From Brevibacterium luteolum (lineage in GTDB: Bacteria > Actinomycetota > Actinomycetes > Actinomycetales > Brevibacteriaceae): a DNA stretch of 64,000 nucleotides. Under the pieces are notes generated by a model that saw only the letters and a list, made by a program, of their open reading frames with translations, searched no databases and was not told the origin of the DNA. Positions 1 to 8,573 of this stretch are shown in pieces. Made by a program: the position numbers and the translations under genes. Location: contig NZ_JABEMC010000002.1 of assembly GCF_013004595.1 (NCBI RefSeq), positions 310,001 to 374,000 of the forward strand. The letters run 5' to 3'. The first letter of the stretch is position 1. Every line of letters begins with the position of its first letter.

Positions 1-866
1 AGATCTCCCTGGAGCGCTTCGGCTACACCGTCAGCGCGTTCGAAGACGGCCGCGACGGCTACGAGTTCGTCGCCTCCCACGGAGCTGACGTGGTACTGCT
101 CGACCTCATGCTGCCGACGATGAACGGCGCCTCGATCTGCCGGGCGATCCGCGAGAAGTCGACCGTTCCCGTCATCATCATCTCCGCCCGCTCTGAGCCG
201 ATCGATATCGTCCAGTCTCTTGAGGCCGGCGCCGACGACTACCTCGTCAAGCCTTTCGACATGCAGGTCCTCAACGCCCGCATTCGCGCCGTGGTGCGCC
301 GGTTCATCACCGCCGGCAACGAGCCGATGGGCTTCTCGCCCGACGAGATCGGCCCGCCAGCTGAGAAGACCGGCAGCGACGCCGGCACGACCGTCGGCCT
401 CGACGGGATTCCCGAGGTGCTCGGTCCCTCCCCGGGACTGTCGAACCCGGGTTCGCATAACGCCACCTCCGAATCCTCCCCAGCGTCGGTCGCCGCACCT
501 GCCGTCCCGACCGCTCCCATCGGGCCCCGCGCGGGCCAGGCGACCCCTGCCTCGGGAACGGATGCCGCCGACCGCGGGCACTACCGCACGCGGCTGGGTT
601 CGCTCGTGCTCGACAGCGCACGGCTGACAGTGCTCGTCGATGACAAGGAGGTGCATCTGACGCCGACCGAGCTGCGGGTGCTGCTCTTGCTGACCGAGGA
701 GCCGGGGCATGTGTACTCGCGGGAGAAGATCGCCTACACCGTGTGGGGATACGAGTGGGCCGGTGACTCGCGAGTTGTGGATGTCCACATCCAGCGGCTG
801 CGCAAGAAGATCGGCGCACGGATGATCGAGACGGTGCGCGGCTTCGGCTACAGGTTCGCCGGGTAG
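1..866 (+). CDS. OmpR-family response regulator (CseB-like), 5' end outside the window
   Basis: Frame open from base 3 (ISLERFGYTV...VVLLDLMLP). REC motifs GADDYLVKPF; winged helix LTPTE...VDVHIQRLRKK...TVRGFGY. Confidence 0.92.
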   Translation, partial: ISLERFGYTVSAFEDGRDGYEFVASHGADVVLLDLMLPTMNGASICRAIREKSTVPVIIISARSEPIDIVQSLEAGADDYLVKPFDMQVLNARIRAVVRRFITAGNEPMGFSPDEIGPPAEKTGSDAGTTVGLDGIPEVLGPSPGLSNPGSHNATSESSPASVAAPAVPTAPIGPRAGQATPASGTDAADRGHYRTRLGSLVLDSARLTVLVDDKEVHLTPTELRVLLLLTEEPGHVYSREKIAYTVWGYEWAGDSRVVDVHIQRLRKKIGARMIETVRGFGYRFAG

Positions 867-874
867 GGGCGCGC

Positions 875-2164
875 GTGTCCCTCAGGTGGAAGATCGTCCT
901 CCTCATCGTCGTCTCCGTCATCATCGCGGTGCTGTCCTGCGGCGTGGTCGTGCGGCAGTCCGCGGCGGCTGCCGAGGACGACCGGATGCGACAGCGGGTC
1001 TCCGACCAGCTCGAAGACGCGATCTCGATCTACTCCGACACCGGTGTGCTGACCCTCAACGCCACCGTCGACGACCCCGAGCTTCCCGATGAGGCGCAGA
1101 CTGCCGCCCGCAAGGGCGAAAGCGTTACGATCCGCTCGACGGTCGACTGGCAGGAGACGATGTGGGCGGCCGCGCCGATCCAGGTCGGATCGCACACTGC
1201 GGTCATATCCGTGCGCAACTCGACGGAGGAGTCACAGAACCTGCTCAACGAGATCGACCGGGCGATCCTGCTCGGGATGATCGGCGCAGCCGTCGTCATC
1301 GGCGGCATCGGTTCGCTGGCTGCCGGGCAGATCTCCAGGCGCCTGACGCTCGGCGCGCAGGCGGCCCGCAAGATCGCCGGCGGGGACACCTCGGTGCGGA
1401 TCTCGGACGTCATCGAGGCTGGTGATGATGAGGTCGCCGCCTTCGCTGAAGCTGCCGACACCGCCGTGTCACGGCTGGTCGAACGACTGGACTCCGAACA
1501 GCGATTCACCGCTGACCTCGCACATGAGATGCGCACGCCGCTCACCGGTCTGGTGAATGCGGCGAACCTGCTGGAGGAGGATTCCCGTCCTGCTGAACTC
1601 GTCAAGGAGCGGGTGAGCCGGCTGCAGGTGCTCGTCGAGGACCTGCTGGAGGTCTCGCGCTTGGATGCGGGGCGGGCGACCCCGTCGATTGCGCCGATGA
1701 ACGTCGACAACTCCATCCGCTCGCTCGTCTCGACGCTGCAGGGCTCCGGTGCTCTGACCGGCCAGGAGATCGAGGTGGTCTGCGATTCCGACGGGCGGAC
1801 GGTGATGACCGATCAGCGGCGCTTCGAACGCATCATCACCAACCTCATCGTCAACTCCGTGCGTCACGGCACGGCGCCGATCGTGGTGCGGACGACCCCA
1901 AGCTCGGTCATCGTCAGCGATGCCGGATCCGGGTACCCGGCCGATATCCTCGCCTCGGGCCCGACCCGGTTCGTCTCCTCCGGTGGCGGCGGCATGGGCT
2001 TGGGGCTCGTCATCGCCCAGGGCCAGGCGAAGCTGCTGGGCATGCACCTGCTGTTCCGCAATGCGCCGGAGGGCGGGGCGGTCACCGAGGTGGTCTTCCC
2101 CGAGGCACGGGTTGAGGAGGAGATCGTCAAAACCCATACCGGCGCGCTGCCCGAGGTGGGCTGA
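875..2164 (+). CDS. Sensor histidine kinase (CseC-like, HAMP-HisKA-HATPase)
   Basis: Two TM segments, H-box ADLAHEMRTPL, N-box NLIVNS, G-box GMGLGL; directly follows the response regulator. Confidence 0.93.
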   Translation: MSLRWKIVLLIVVSVIIAVLSCGVVVRQSAAAAEDDRMRQRVSDQLEDAISIYSDTGVLTLNATVDDPELPDEAQTAARKGESVTIRSTVDWQETMWAAAPIQVGSHTAVISVRNSTEESQNLLNEIDRAILLGMIGAAVVIGGIGSLAAGQISRRLTLGAQAARKIAGGDTSVRISDVIEAGDDEVAAFAEAADTAVSRLVERLDSEQRFTADLAHEMRTPLTGLVNAANLLEEDSRPAELVKERVSRLQVLVEDLLEVSRLDAGRATPSIAPMNVDNSIRSLVSTLQGSGALTGQEIEVVCDSDGRTVMTDQRRFERIITNLIVNSVRHGTAPIVVRTTPSSVIVSDAGSGYPADILASGPTRFVSSGGGGMGLGLVIAQGQAKLLGMHLLFRNAPEGGAVTEVVFPEARVEEEIVKTHTGALPEVG

Positions 2165-2230
2165 AGCGCCGGGCCCGAGGTGGGCTGAAGCGCCGGGCCC
2201 GAGGTGGGCGAAGCGCCGTGCCCGGGCGGG
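2149..2230. repeat. 24-bp tandem repeat CCCGAGGTGGGCTGAAGCGCCGGG, three copies plus a degenerate fourth
   Basis: Units start at 2150, 2174 and 2198; the first contains the kinase stop codon. Confidence 0.9.
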
Positions 2231-2235
2231 TCAGT

Positions 2236-2255
2236 GACGTCCCCGCGGGGACGTC
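2236..2255. repeat. Palindrome GACGTCCCCGCGGGGACGTC, copy 1 (intergenic)
   Basis: Perfect 20-bp inverted repeat read directly. Confidence 0.95.
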
Positions 2256-2310
2256 TGAGCGGGGGCGTCGGCACGGAGACGTCTCGCCTGGACGGCACAG
2301 AGGAGGCACC

Positions 2311-2823
2311 ATGAGCATGACAGCAGATGAGTACACCAATGGCGATCGCGCGCCCCGTGTGCGTGTTCGAGAGGTGGCTGAGGCGGACGAGCCGCAGTGG
2401 CGGCAGCTGTTCGCTGCCTACCGGGACTTCTACCGGCTCACTCCTGATGAGTCGGTCGTCGACCGGGTGTGGGCGTGGCTCAACGATGAGGGCCATGAGC
2501 TGCGCGGGCTGGTGGCTCTCACCGATTCTGCCGAATCCGCAGGCAGACGAGGTGAGTCGATTGTGGGGATCGGGCATTTCCGCCGGTTCGCCCGCCCTTC
2601 GACGGGTTCGGTCGGGTTGTGGCTCGATGATCTCTTCACCGCTCCCGAGGCCCGCGGGCTCGGCGCCGGCAGCGCGCTCATCGACCGGATCCGCGCCGAA
2701 GCGCGCGCACAGAGCTGCTCGGTCGTCCGGTGGATCACCGCCGAGGACAACTCAACTGCCCGGTCGCTGTACGACCAGTTGGCAGTTCAGACGAACTGGG
2801 TCACCTACGACACGCAGCCCTAG
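2311..2823 (+). CDS. GNAT-family N-acetyltransferase
   Basis: AGGAGG RBS before ATG 2311; acetyl-CoA motif LDDLFTAPEARGLGAG; N..ARSLY. Confidence 0.88.
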   Translation: MSMTADEYTNGDRAPRVRVREVAEADEPQWRQLFAAYRDFYRLTPDESVVDRVWAWLNDEGHELRGLVALTDSAESAGRRGESIVGIGHFRRFARPSTGSVGLWLDDLFTAPEARGLGAGSALIDRIRAEARAQSCSVVRWITAEDNSTARSLYDQLAVQTNWVTYDTQP

Positions 2824-2850
2824 AGCAGGCGCGGTGGGAGAGCATCCTGG

Positions 2851-4530
2851 CTAGGCGGCTAAGCCGAGGTCATCCTGTGGTTTCTCGACGTCGAAGAGCC
2901 AGGAGACGCACTCTGCGAGATTGAAGCCGTAACCGCCGCCGAAGGTGCTGATGCGATCAGGTCCGTAGAGCTGCTCGAACGGGCAGGCCGTGAGATTCAG
3001 CGGCTCTGACATGACCTCGGTGACCTCGTCGAGGTCGTCGGGCGGGTGCTCCGACGGCGTCCAGTCGATGGTGTCCTGCGTGTGTCCTGGGGGTGCCAGG
3101 AGCAGATGGGTTTCGAACTTGCCGACATCCCGGCCGTCTTCGGTGAGGAAGACGAACCCGGTGCTTCCCTGCCGGGCCCCGGAGTGCGGTGCATCGGTGC
3201 GGGCGATGCGCAGGTGGTGCTCATGCACGGCGATGTGGTGGGAGCGGCACAGCAGGATGAGGTTGTCGAGGTCAGTCGGCCCTCCTTCCGACCAGGGCTG
3301 ACGGTGGTGCGCCTCCAGCCGGCGGCGTCTGCCGCAGCCGGGGAACTGGCACAGTCCCAGGTCTCGAACGCTGAGGGCCAGACGCTGTCGAGAGCTCGCC
3401 AGCCGCTTCGTCCGCCCGAGCACCAGCACGTCACCGAATCGGTCGAGTGCGGCACCGATGATCGCCGAGGTGCACGCCAGCCGGGCTGACGACTCCGCAG
3501 AGATCGCCCCGTACCCGTCGACATAGCTCTTCTGCTCTCCCGCAGACGTCCCCGCGGGGACGTCTCCGGCATCGTCGGGTACTGGCTGCGTCTGCACCTG
3601 CGTCTGTATCTGCGCCTGTTCCTGTGTCTGCACCTGTGCCTGCGCCTGCGCGAGGGTGTCGGGTGAGACGTGGACGACCATCGTCGCGCGGGCCGCATCG
3701 GTGCGTGAGCCGTTGGCTGCATCGGAGCCGCAGCGCACGAGCTCCATCAGCGCTTCGGCTTGGGTGGGGAAGCCGTCGGCGTGGACGCTGCTGGGGTTCT
3801 CCGGCACCTCTGGTTCCCCGGCAGCAGCTGCTTCCCCAGCGGCTTCGGCCTGCTCGCGGACGAGCCGGTCATGGGCGGCGTTGACCGCAGCGAGGATCTC
3901 CGCGGCCTCGGTCTCGGGCACGTCGATGAGGATCCGTGCCCGCCCCTGCCCGTTCGGCAGGACGGTGAACCGGTCCTTGTCCCCGCTGATGAGCTCCTGC
4001 CGCTCGTCATGCTTGACGAGCAGTGAGTACGTGCTCACCATCTTCGACAGCTGCTCGGCGGTGGCGAGGACGACGATCTCGGCCGCTCGCCTGCCGTCGA
4101 TGCGATCGGCGACCCGGGTGATCGCCCGGACCTTCGAATACGAGACCCGTCCGACGGCGAACAGCGAGGCCACCTCCGGCAGCTTGCGCAGCGCGCGCAT
4201 GACGCGCAGATATTCGCGTGCGGTGTGCACCTGCACTTCGCACACGAATGACACCCAGTGCGCCAGGCTGCGGATGCCGATCCAGCCTTCCCAGATGCGG
4301 GTGCGCTCGACCTCGTCGAGCAGCGCCAGCAGCCTGGCCTGACACTGCGAGACGTGCGCAATCGCCTGTTTGACGGCGAGCACGAGGGCATCCGGATCCT
4401 CACCGGCCACCCCCAGGGAGGGAAAGCCCTCGATCGTGCTCAGCCGTGCGCCGAGCTCATCGGCCCCGGTTGCTCTGCCTGTCGCGGTATCGATCTCGTC
4501 CGTCTCGGTCATATCCGTCATCGCCATCAC
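2851..4530 (-). CDS. DUF222 (13E12-like) protein with C-terminal HNH endonuclease domain
   Basis: RDLGLCQFPGC...HHRQPWSEGGPTDLDNLILLCRSHH; N-terminal SLAHWVS...G.VSYSKVRAI typical of DUF222. Confidence 0.88.
   Translation of the reverse strand: MMAMTDMTETDEIDTATGRATGADELGARLSTIEGFPSLGVAGEDPDALVLAVKQAIAHVSQCQARLLALLDEVERTRIWEGWIGIRSLAHWVSFVCEVQVHTAREYLRVMRALRKLPEVASLFAVGRVSYSKVRAITRVADRIDGRRAAEIVVLATAEQLSKMVSTYSLLVKHDERQELISGDKDRFTVLPNGQGRARILIDVPETEAAEILAAVNAAHDRLVREQAEAAGEAAAAGEPEVPENPSSVHADGFPTQAEALMELVRCGSDAANGSRTDAARATMVVHVSPDTLAQAQAQVQTQEQAQIQTQVQTQPVPDDAGDVPAGTSAGEQKSYVDGYGAISAESSARLACTSAIIGAALDRFGDVLVLGRTKRLASSRQRLALSVRDLGLCQFPGCGRRRRLEAHHRQPWSEGGPTDLDNLILLCRSHHIAVHEHHLRIARTDAPHSGARQGSTGFVFLTEDGRDVGKFETHLLLAPPGHTQDTIDWTPSEHPPDDLDEVTEVMSEPLNLTACPFEQLYGPDRISTFGGGYGFNLAECVSWLFDVEKPQDDLGLAA
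3544..3565. repeat. Palindrome AGACGTCCCCGCGGGGACGTCT, copy 2 (inside HNH gene, encodes DVPAGTS)
   Basis: Perfect 22-bp inverted repeat. Confidence 0.95.
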
Positions 4531-4577
4531 GGTCCCCTGTCACCGGGCAGTCACCTGCCCATTCGATACGTACATCC

Positions 4578-4599
4578 ACGCTAGACTCCGGCACTGACA
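4578..4599 (-). promoter_or_regulatory. RecA-NDp/PafBC-type DNA-damage promoter of the HNH gene
   Basis: Minus strand TGTCAG-N10-TAGCGT matches the TGTCRG-N10-TANNNT consensus. Confidence 0.7.
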
Positions 4600-4654
4600 T
4601 CGTGGGCTGACCTGGGGCGATGATGGCGAGCGGGGAACCCGCCGGCCAGTCAGC

Positions 4655-5536
4655 TCAGCGGCGGCCACCACCTCGGGAACGGCCACCTCGGGAACGGCCA
4701 CCTCGGGAACGGTCGCCTTGGGAACCGGTGCCGCCACGCGGTGACCAGCCGCAGCCAGCGACCAGCGCGTAGAGGCCAGCCCACTGCTCAGCCGACAGGT
4801 CCTTGGGCAGGGTGCTCGCGCCGAGGCCCTCGCGGGCCAGCCAGCCCTTGACCGCCTGACGGGCGCGCTGCCCGACGATCCGGCTGAGGATCTCGGGCAG
4901 CCCGCGCCCGCGGCCGGTGAACACCGCGTGGACGAACCCGCGGTAGGCCCGCCGGTCGCTTTCGGCGAGCAGGGGCGCAGCGCGCCGGGTCATCCGCAGC
5001 ATCCCGCCGTCGACGCTCGGCATCGGCCGGAAGGCACTGCGAGGCACCCGGCCGAGCAGCGTGAAGTCGATCCACGGCCACCACTGGGCGGTCATCATCG
5101 AGGCACCGCCCACCCCGGCCCGGCGCCGGGCGACCTCCCACTGCACGAGGAGCACCGCCTCCTGCCAGTGCGGGATCGGCAGGATGTGGCGCAGCATCGC
5201 CGTCGTCAGGTGGTACGGCAGATTGCCGACGATGACGCATCTGCCGGCCGGCAGATGCCAGCGCAGGAAGTCGGCGGTGACGATCTCGACCGGCGGCCCG
5301 TCGCTGGGTGCGGTGAGCTCGCGGCGCAGCGCGGCGGCGTTGCGCGGGTCGATCTCCACCGCAGTGAGAGGCCGGCCGAGCGCGGCGAGCCGGTGTGTCA
5401 GGGCGCCGCGGCCGGGCCCGATCTCGATGATCGGTCCGCGGGATTCGGCGACGGCGCCGATGAGGGTGGTGATGGTGTGTGAGTCGATGAGGTAGTTCTG
5501 GCCGTGCTCATGACGGCCGCCACGATACGTGGGCAT
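4655..5536 (-). CDS. erm: Erm-family 23S rRNA adenine-N6 methyltransferase (MLSB resistance; N-terminus resembles Erm(36)/Erm(X))
   Basis: GRHEHGQNYL, IEIGPGRG, AVEID, GNLPY, VQWEVARRRAG, AFRPMPSVDG; upstream leader peptide. Confidence 0.9.
   Translation of the reverse strand: MPTYRGGRHEHGQNYLIDSHTITTLIGAVAESRGPIIEIGPGRGALTHRLAALGRPLTAVEIDPRNAAALRRELTAPSDGPPVEIVTADFLRWHLPAGRCVIVGNLPYHLTTAMLRHILPIPHWQEAVLLVQWEVARRRAGVGGASMMTAQWWPWIDFTLLGRVPRSAFRPMPSVDGGMLRMTRRAAPLLAESDRRAYRGFVHAVFTGRGRGLPEILSRIVGQRARQAVKGWLAREGLGASTLPKDLSAEQWAGLYALVAGCGWSPRGGTGSQGDRSRGGRSRGGRSRGGGRR
4668..4727. repeat. 15-bp tandem repeat CCACCTCGGGAACGG, three copies plus one degenerate (RSRGG tail of Erm)
   Basis: Units start at 4668, 4683, 4698 and 4713. 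Confidence 0.9.
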
Positions 5537-5664
5537 GATGTGGGACGCTCCGAAGAAGTCTGGCGTCCGGGCAGCACAATGTCTCCGCCCGGCTGGTCAC
5601 AGCGGAGCGGCGAAACCTGGGAATGGGGAATTCGAAGCAGGGTCCGCCGCTCAGAAGCGGAGAC
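5537..5664 (-). promoter_or_regulatory. erm translational attenuator (alternative hairpins)
   Basis: Complementary pairs 5657-5664/5581-5588, 5644-5652/5605-5613, and 5563-5568/5543-5548, the last enclosing the GGAG SD. Confidence 0.72.
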
Positions 5665-5695
5665 GGCCCCAAACGATAGCCTCAGTTGCTGACAT
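5651..5695 (-). CDS. erm leader peptide MSATEAIVWGRLRF (alternative in-frame ATG at 5698)
   Basis: Translated by hand; ends in the RLR macrolide-arrest motif; too short for the ORF track. Confidence 0.8.
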   Translation of the reverse strand: MSATEAIVWGRLRF

Positions 5696-8469
5696 CATGA
5701 TGACACTGATGATACCGGTCCCGAGGCGGTGGTGTCGATGTCGACCTCGTCGAGGCCGTCGTCGTCGAGTTCGGCATCGGAGGCCACATCGAGCAGCTCG
5801 TCGAGCTGCTGGGCAACACGGATGTAGCCCAGGTGCGAGTACGCCTGCGGGTGGTTGCCCAGGTGCTGTTCGGCGATCGGCTCGTACTCCTCGGGAAACA
5901 GGCCGGTGGGCCCCATGAGGTTGTCGAGCCGCCGGAACAGGTCGCGGGCATCGGCGATCCGCCCGACCTTGATGAAGGCCTCGATGAGCCAGGTGGTGCA
6001 GATGTGGAAGCCGCCTTCGAGTCCGGGCAGCCCGTCATCGTAGTGGTAGCGGAACACCGTCGGCCCGACCCGCAGGTCGCGTTCGATCGCGTCGACGGTG
6101 GCGATGAACCGCTCATCGTCTGCCGGCAGAAGGCCGGAGAGCCCGACGAACAGGCAGGCCGCGTCGAGGTCGTCCTCGCCGTAGGCCACCGTGTAGGCGC
6201 CGACCTTCTCATTCCAGCCGCGGGTGATGACGTCCTCGGCGATGGTTTCGCGCAGCCGCCGCCACGCCCCGGGCATCGTGCGGCCGAACCGCTCGGCGAT
6301 CCGGATCGCCCGGTCGACGGTCACCCAGCACATCACCTTCGTGTATACGTTGTGCTTCGGGGCCCGGCGGGCCTCCCAGATGCCGTGGTCGGGTTCGTGC
6401 CAGCGGCGCTCAACGGCAGTGACCATATCGCAGGTGAGCTTCCAGTTCTCCTCCGACAGCGTGCCGACGGCCGCGGTGAAGTCGTCGAGCAGCTCGGTGA
6501 CCGGGCCGAACACGTCGAGCTGCACCTGATGCTCAGCGGCGTTGCCCACCCGCACCGGCCGCGAGCCCGCATAGCCGGGCAGATGCTCCAGCACCGCCTC
6601 GGTCGTGAGCGCTGAGCCGTCGACGGCGTAGAGCGGGTGGAGCTGTTCGGGCCCGACCGTCATCTCCAGGATCCCGGCCAGCCATGCCAGGAAGCCCTCC
6701 GCCTCGGCGGTGGAGCCCAGGCTCAGCAGGGTGCGCACGGTCATCGAGCCGTCGCGCAGCCAGCAGTAGCGGTAGTCCCAGTTGCGGATGCCGCCGATCC
6801 CCTCGGGCAGGGAGGAGGTCGCGGCGGCGAGCACGCCGCCGGTGGGCACGTGGCACAGGGCGCGCAGGGTGATCGCCGAGCGGGTGACCTCGTCGGTCTT
6901 GAGTTCGGGCAGGGTGAGGCCGGTGACCCAGTTGCGCCAGTAGCCGGCCGCGCGCCGGCGCACGAAGGACTCTCCGCCGGCGAGCAGGTAGTCCGTATCG
7001 GCGAAGGACCCGCCGCACACGAGCACCAGCACGAGCTTGGCGCGCTCCTGCGTGGTCGGCACGACGCGGGCCACGGCGGTGTCGGAGCCGTCTTCGCTGA
7101 TGATGTCGAAGTCGACGCCGGGAGCGTGGAGCATCACCGGCTCCGAGGTGCCGAGCACCCGCACACCGTCGCCGACCTTCTCCAGCCGGATCGGGTACGA
7201 GCCGAAGTCCGGGCGCGGGGCGAACCGGATCTCGGCCTCGGCGTCGCCGGTGAGCACGCGCACGAGCACGGTGTCGAGGCTGTCCTCGGACACCGGGGCG
7301 AGGTAGTCGCGGGCGGTGAGCCCGGCCCACCGGGTCTCGACGATGGTGGTGTCGCGCTGATAGCGCTGGGTCAGCGACTTCTGCTTGCGGGCATCCGCGC
7401 CCGAGGCGGTGGCTGGGGCGACCGAGTAGTAGCCGGCGGCTGGGGAGCCGAGGATCTCGGAGAACAGGGAGGCCGAGTGGGGCAGTGGGTGCGGCATCCA
7501 GCAGATCCGGCCGCCGGGGTCGATGAGCGCGGTCGACTGCCCGTTGGCGAGTATCGAGTGCCGTTCGATCGGCACGGCGGTCTGGCCGAACAGCCAGGAG
7601 CGGCGCAGCTCGAAGATGCTCGAGAGCACGAGCGAGACGGTCTCGGGGTCGGCAAGCTGGAAGCCTGCGGCGGTGTCGACGCAGGGGCGGCCGGAGACGG
7701 CCTTGCGGCAGTCGAGCGGGGCGACCGTGATGCCCAGGTCGGTGCTCGTCAGGGTCTCCAGAGCCCGCTCATCTGAGGTGTCGTCGCCGATGTAGACGAC
7801 CGCGGCCGCTCCGAGGCGTTCGCGCAGCCCATTCAGCGCCTCGCCCTTGGTGGATTCGACGACGGTGAGGTCGGCGACCTCTTTGCCGCGGACCACGGAC
7901 ACGGCGACGTGCCGGGCCATCTGCGTGATGCCGGCTTCGACGACGGCCCGGGCATCGGGGTCGAGGCCGCGCAGATGCACGGCCACACCGGTGGGTTTGA
8001 GCTCGAACTGCGCCTCGGGCACCATCCGCGCCAAGGAGGCCACCGACTGCTGCAGGTCCTTCAGGGCCGCCTTCGCCTCGGCGTCGAGGGCGTCGATGGC
8101 GTCGATATCGGTCTCCGAGCCGTGGGAGCCGACGAGATGGACCTCACGCGGCAGCCGCGACATCGCTGCGAGGTCGCGCAGGGACCGGCCGGAGATGACC
8201 GCGGCGTTGGTGTCGGGCAGGGCGGCCAGTGCGCGCATGCTGATGAGGCTGATGGGCAGCGGATAGGCGTGGGTGGGCTTGTCGACGATCGGAGCGATGG
8301 TGCCGTCGTAGTCGGTAGCGATGAGCAGCTTGGGGGTCCGGGCCAGGCGGACGATCTCTGCGAACAGCTCGGCATCAAGGGTGCGGGCGGCCTCGGCGAG
8401 GTCGCCGAGCGGGCCCGAGGTGGGGGCTGCGGGATCCCAGGAGTCGAGCAGGTCGAGAGATGCGGTCAT
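5695..8469 (-). CDS. Trehalose-6-phosphate phosphatase (HAD) fused to a GH15 trehalase-like glycoside hydrolase
   Basis: DYDGTIAPIV, ISGR, GSHG, YIGDDTSDE (OtsB-like); RNWDYRYCWLRD, PDHGIWE, GNHPQAYSH (GH15). Confidence 0.9.
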   Translation of the reverse strand: MTASLDLLDSWDPAAPTSGPLGDLAEAARTLDAELFAEIVRLARTPKLLIATDYDGTIAPIVDKPTHAYPLPISLISMRALAALPDTNAAVISGRSLRDLAAMSRLPREVHLVGSHGSETDIDAIDALDAEAKAALKDLQQSVASLARMVPEAQFELKPTGVAVHLRGLDPDARAVVEAGITQMARHVAVSVVRGKEVADLTVVESTKGEALNGLRERLGAAAVVYIGDDTSDERALETLTSTDLGITVAPLDCRKAVSGRPCVDTAAGFQLADPETVSLVLSSIFELRRSWLFGQTAVPIERHSILANGQSTALIDPGGRICWMPHPLPHSASLFSEILGSPAAGYYSVAPATASGADARKQKSLTQRYQRDTTIVETRWAGLTARDYLAPVSEDSLDTVLVRVLTGDAEAEIRFAPRPDFGSYPIRLEKVGDGVRVLGTSEPVMLHAPGVDFDIISEDGSDTAVARVVPTTQERAKLVLVLVCGGSFADTDYLLAGGESFVRRRAAGYWRNWVTGLTLPELKTDEVTRSAITLRALCHVPTGGVLAAATSSLPEGIGGIRNWDYRYCWLRDGSMTVRTLLSLGSTAEAEGFLAWLAGILEMTVGPEQLHPLYAVDGSALTTEAVLEHLPGYAGSRPVRVGNAAEHQVQLDVFGPVTELLDDFTAAVGTLSEENWKLTCDMVTAVERRWHEPDHGIWEARRAPKHNVYTKVMCWVTVDRAIRIAERFGRTMPGAWRRLRETIAEDVITRGWNEKVGAYTVAYGEDDLDAACLFVGLSGLLPADDERFIATVDAIERDLRVGPTVFRYHYDDGLPGLEGGFHICTTWLIEAFIKVGRIADARDLFRRLDNLMGPTGLFPEEYEPIAEQHLGNHPQAYSHLGYIRVAQQLDELLDVASDAELDDDGLDEVDIDTTASGPVSSVSS
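5709..5738 (-). promoter_or_regulatory. Sigma-A-like promoter for leader-erm inside the 3' end of the upstream gene
   Basis: Minus strand TCGACA-N18-TATCAT, 10 nt before the ATG at 5698. Confidence 0.55.
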
Positions 8470-8573
8470 GGTGTCCTCGTGGTGCAGGTGGTGCGGGGGC
8501 GCCCGGTGGGCAAAGCGCATTCAGTGTAGTGGCTTGCCCGCGCCCAGGCGAACGGCCGCCTGCCGCCGGTGTC

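Noticed and set aside
2149..2230. Possible mini-CRISPR
   Set aside because: Units are contiguous with no unique spacers, and there are no cas genes.
2851..4530. HNH gene as an IS element or an IscB/TnpB-like RNA-guided nuclease
   Set aside because: No terminal inverted repeats, target duplication, RuvC/PLMP motifs or evident guide RNA.
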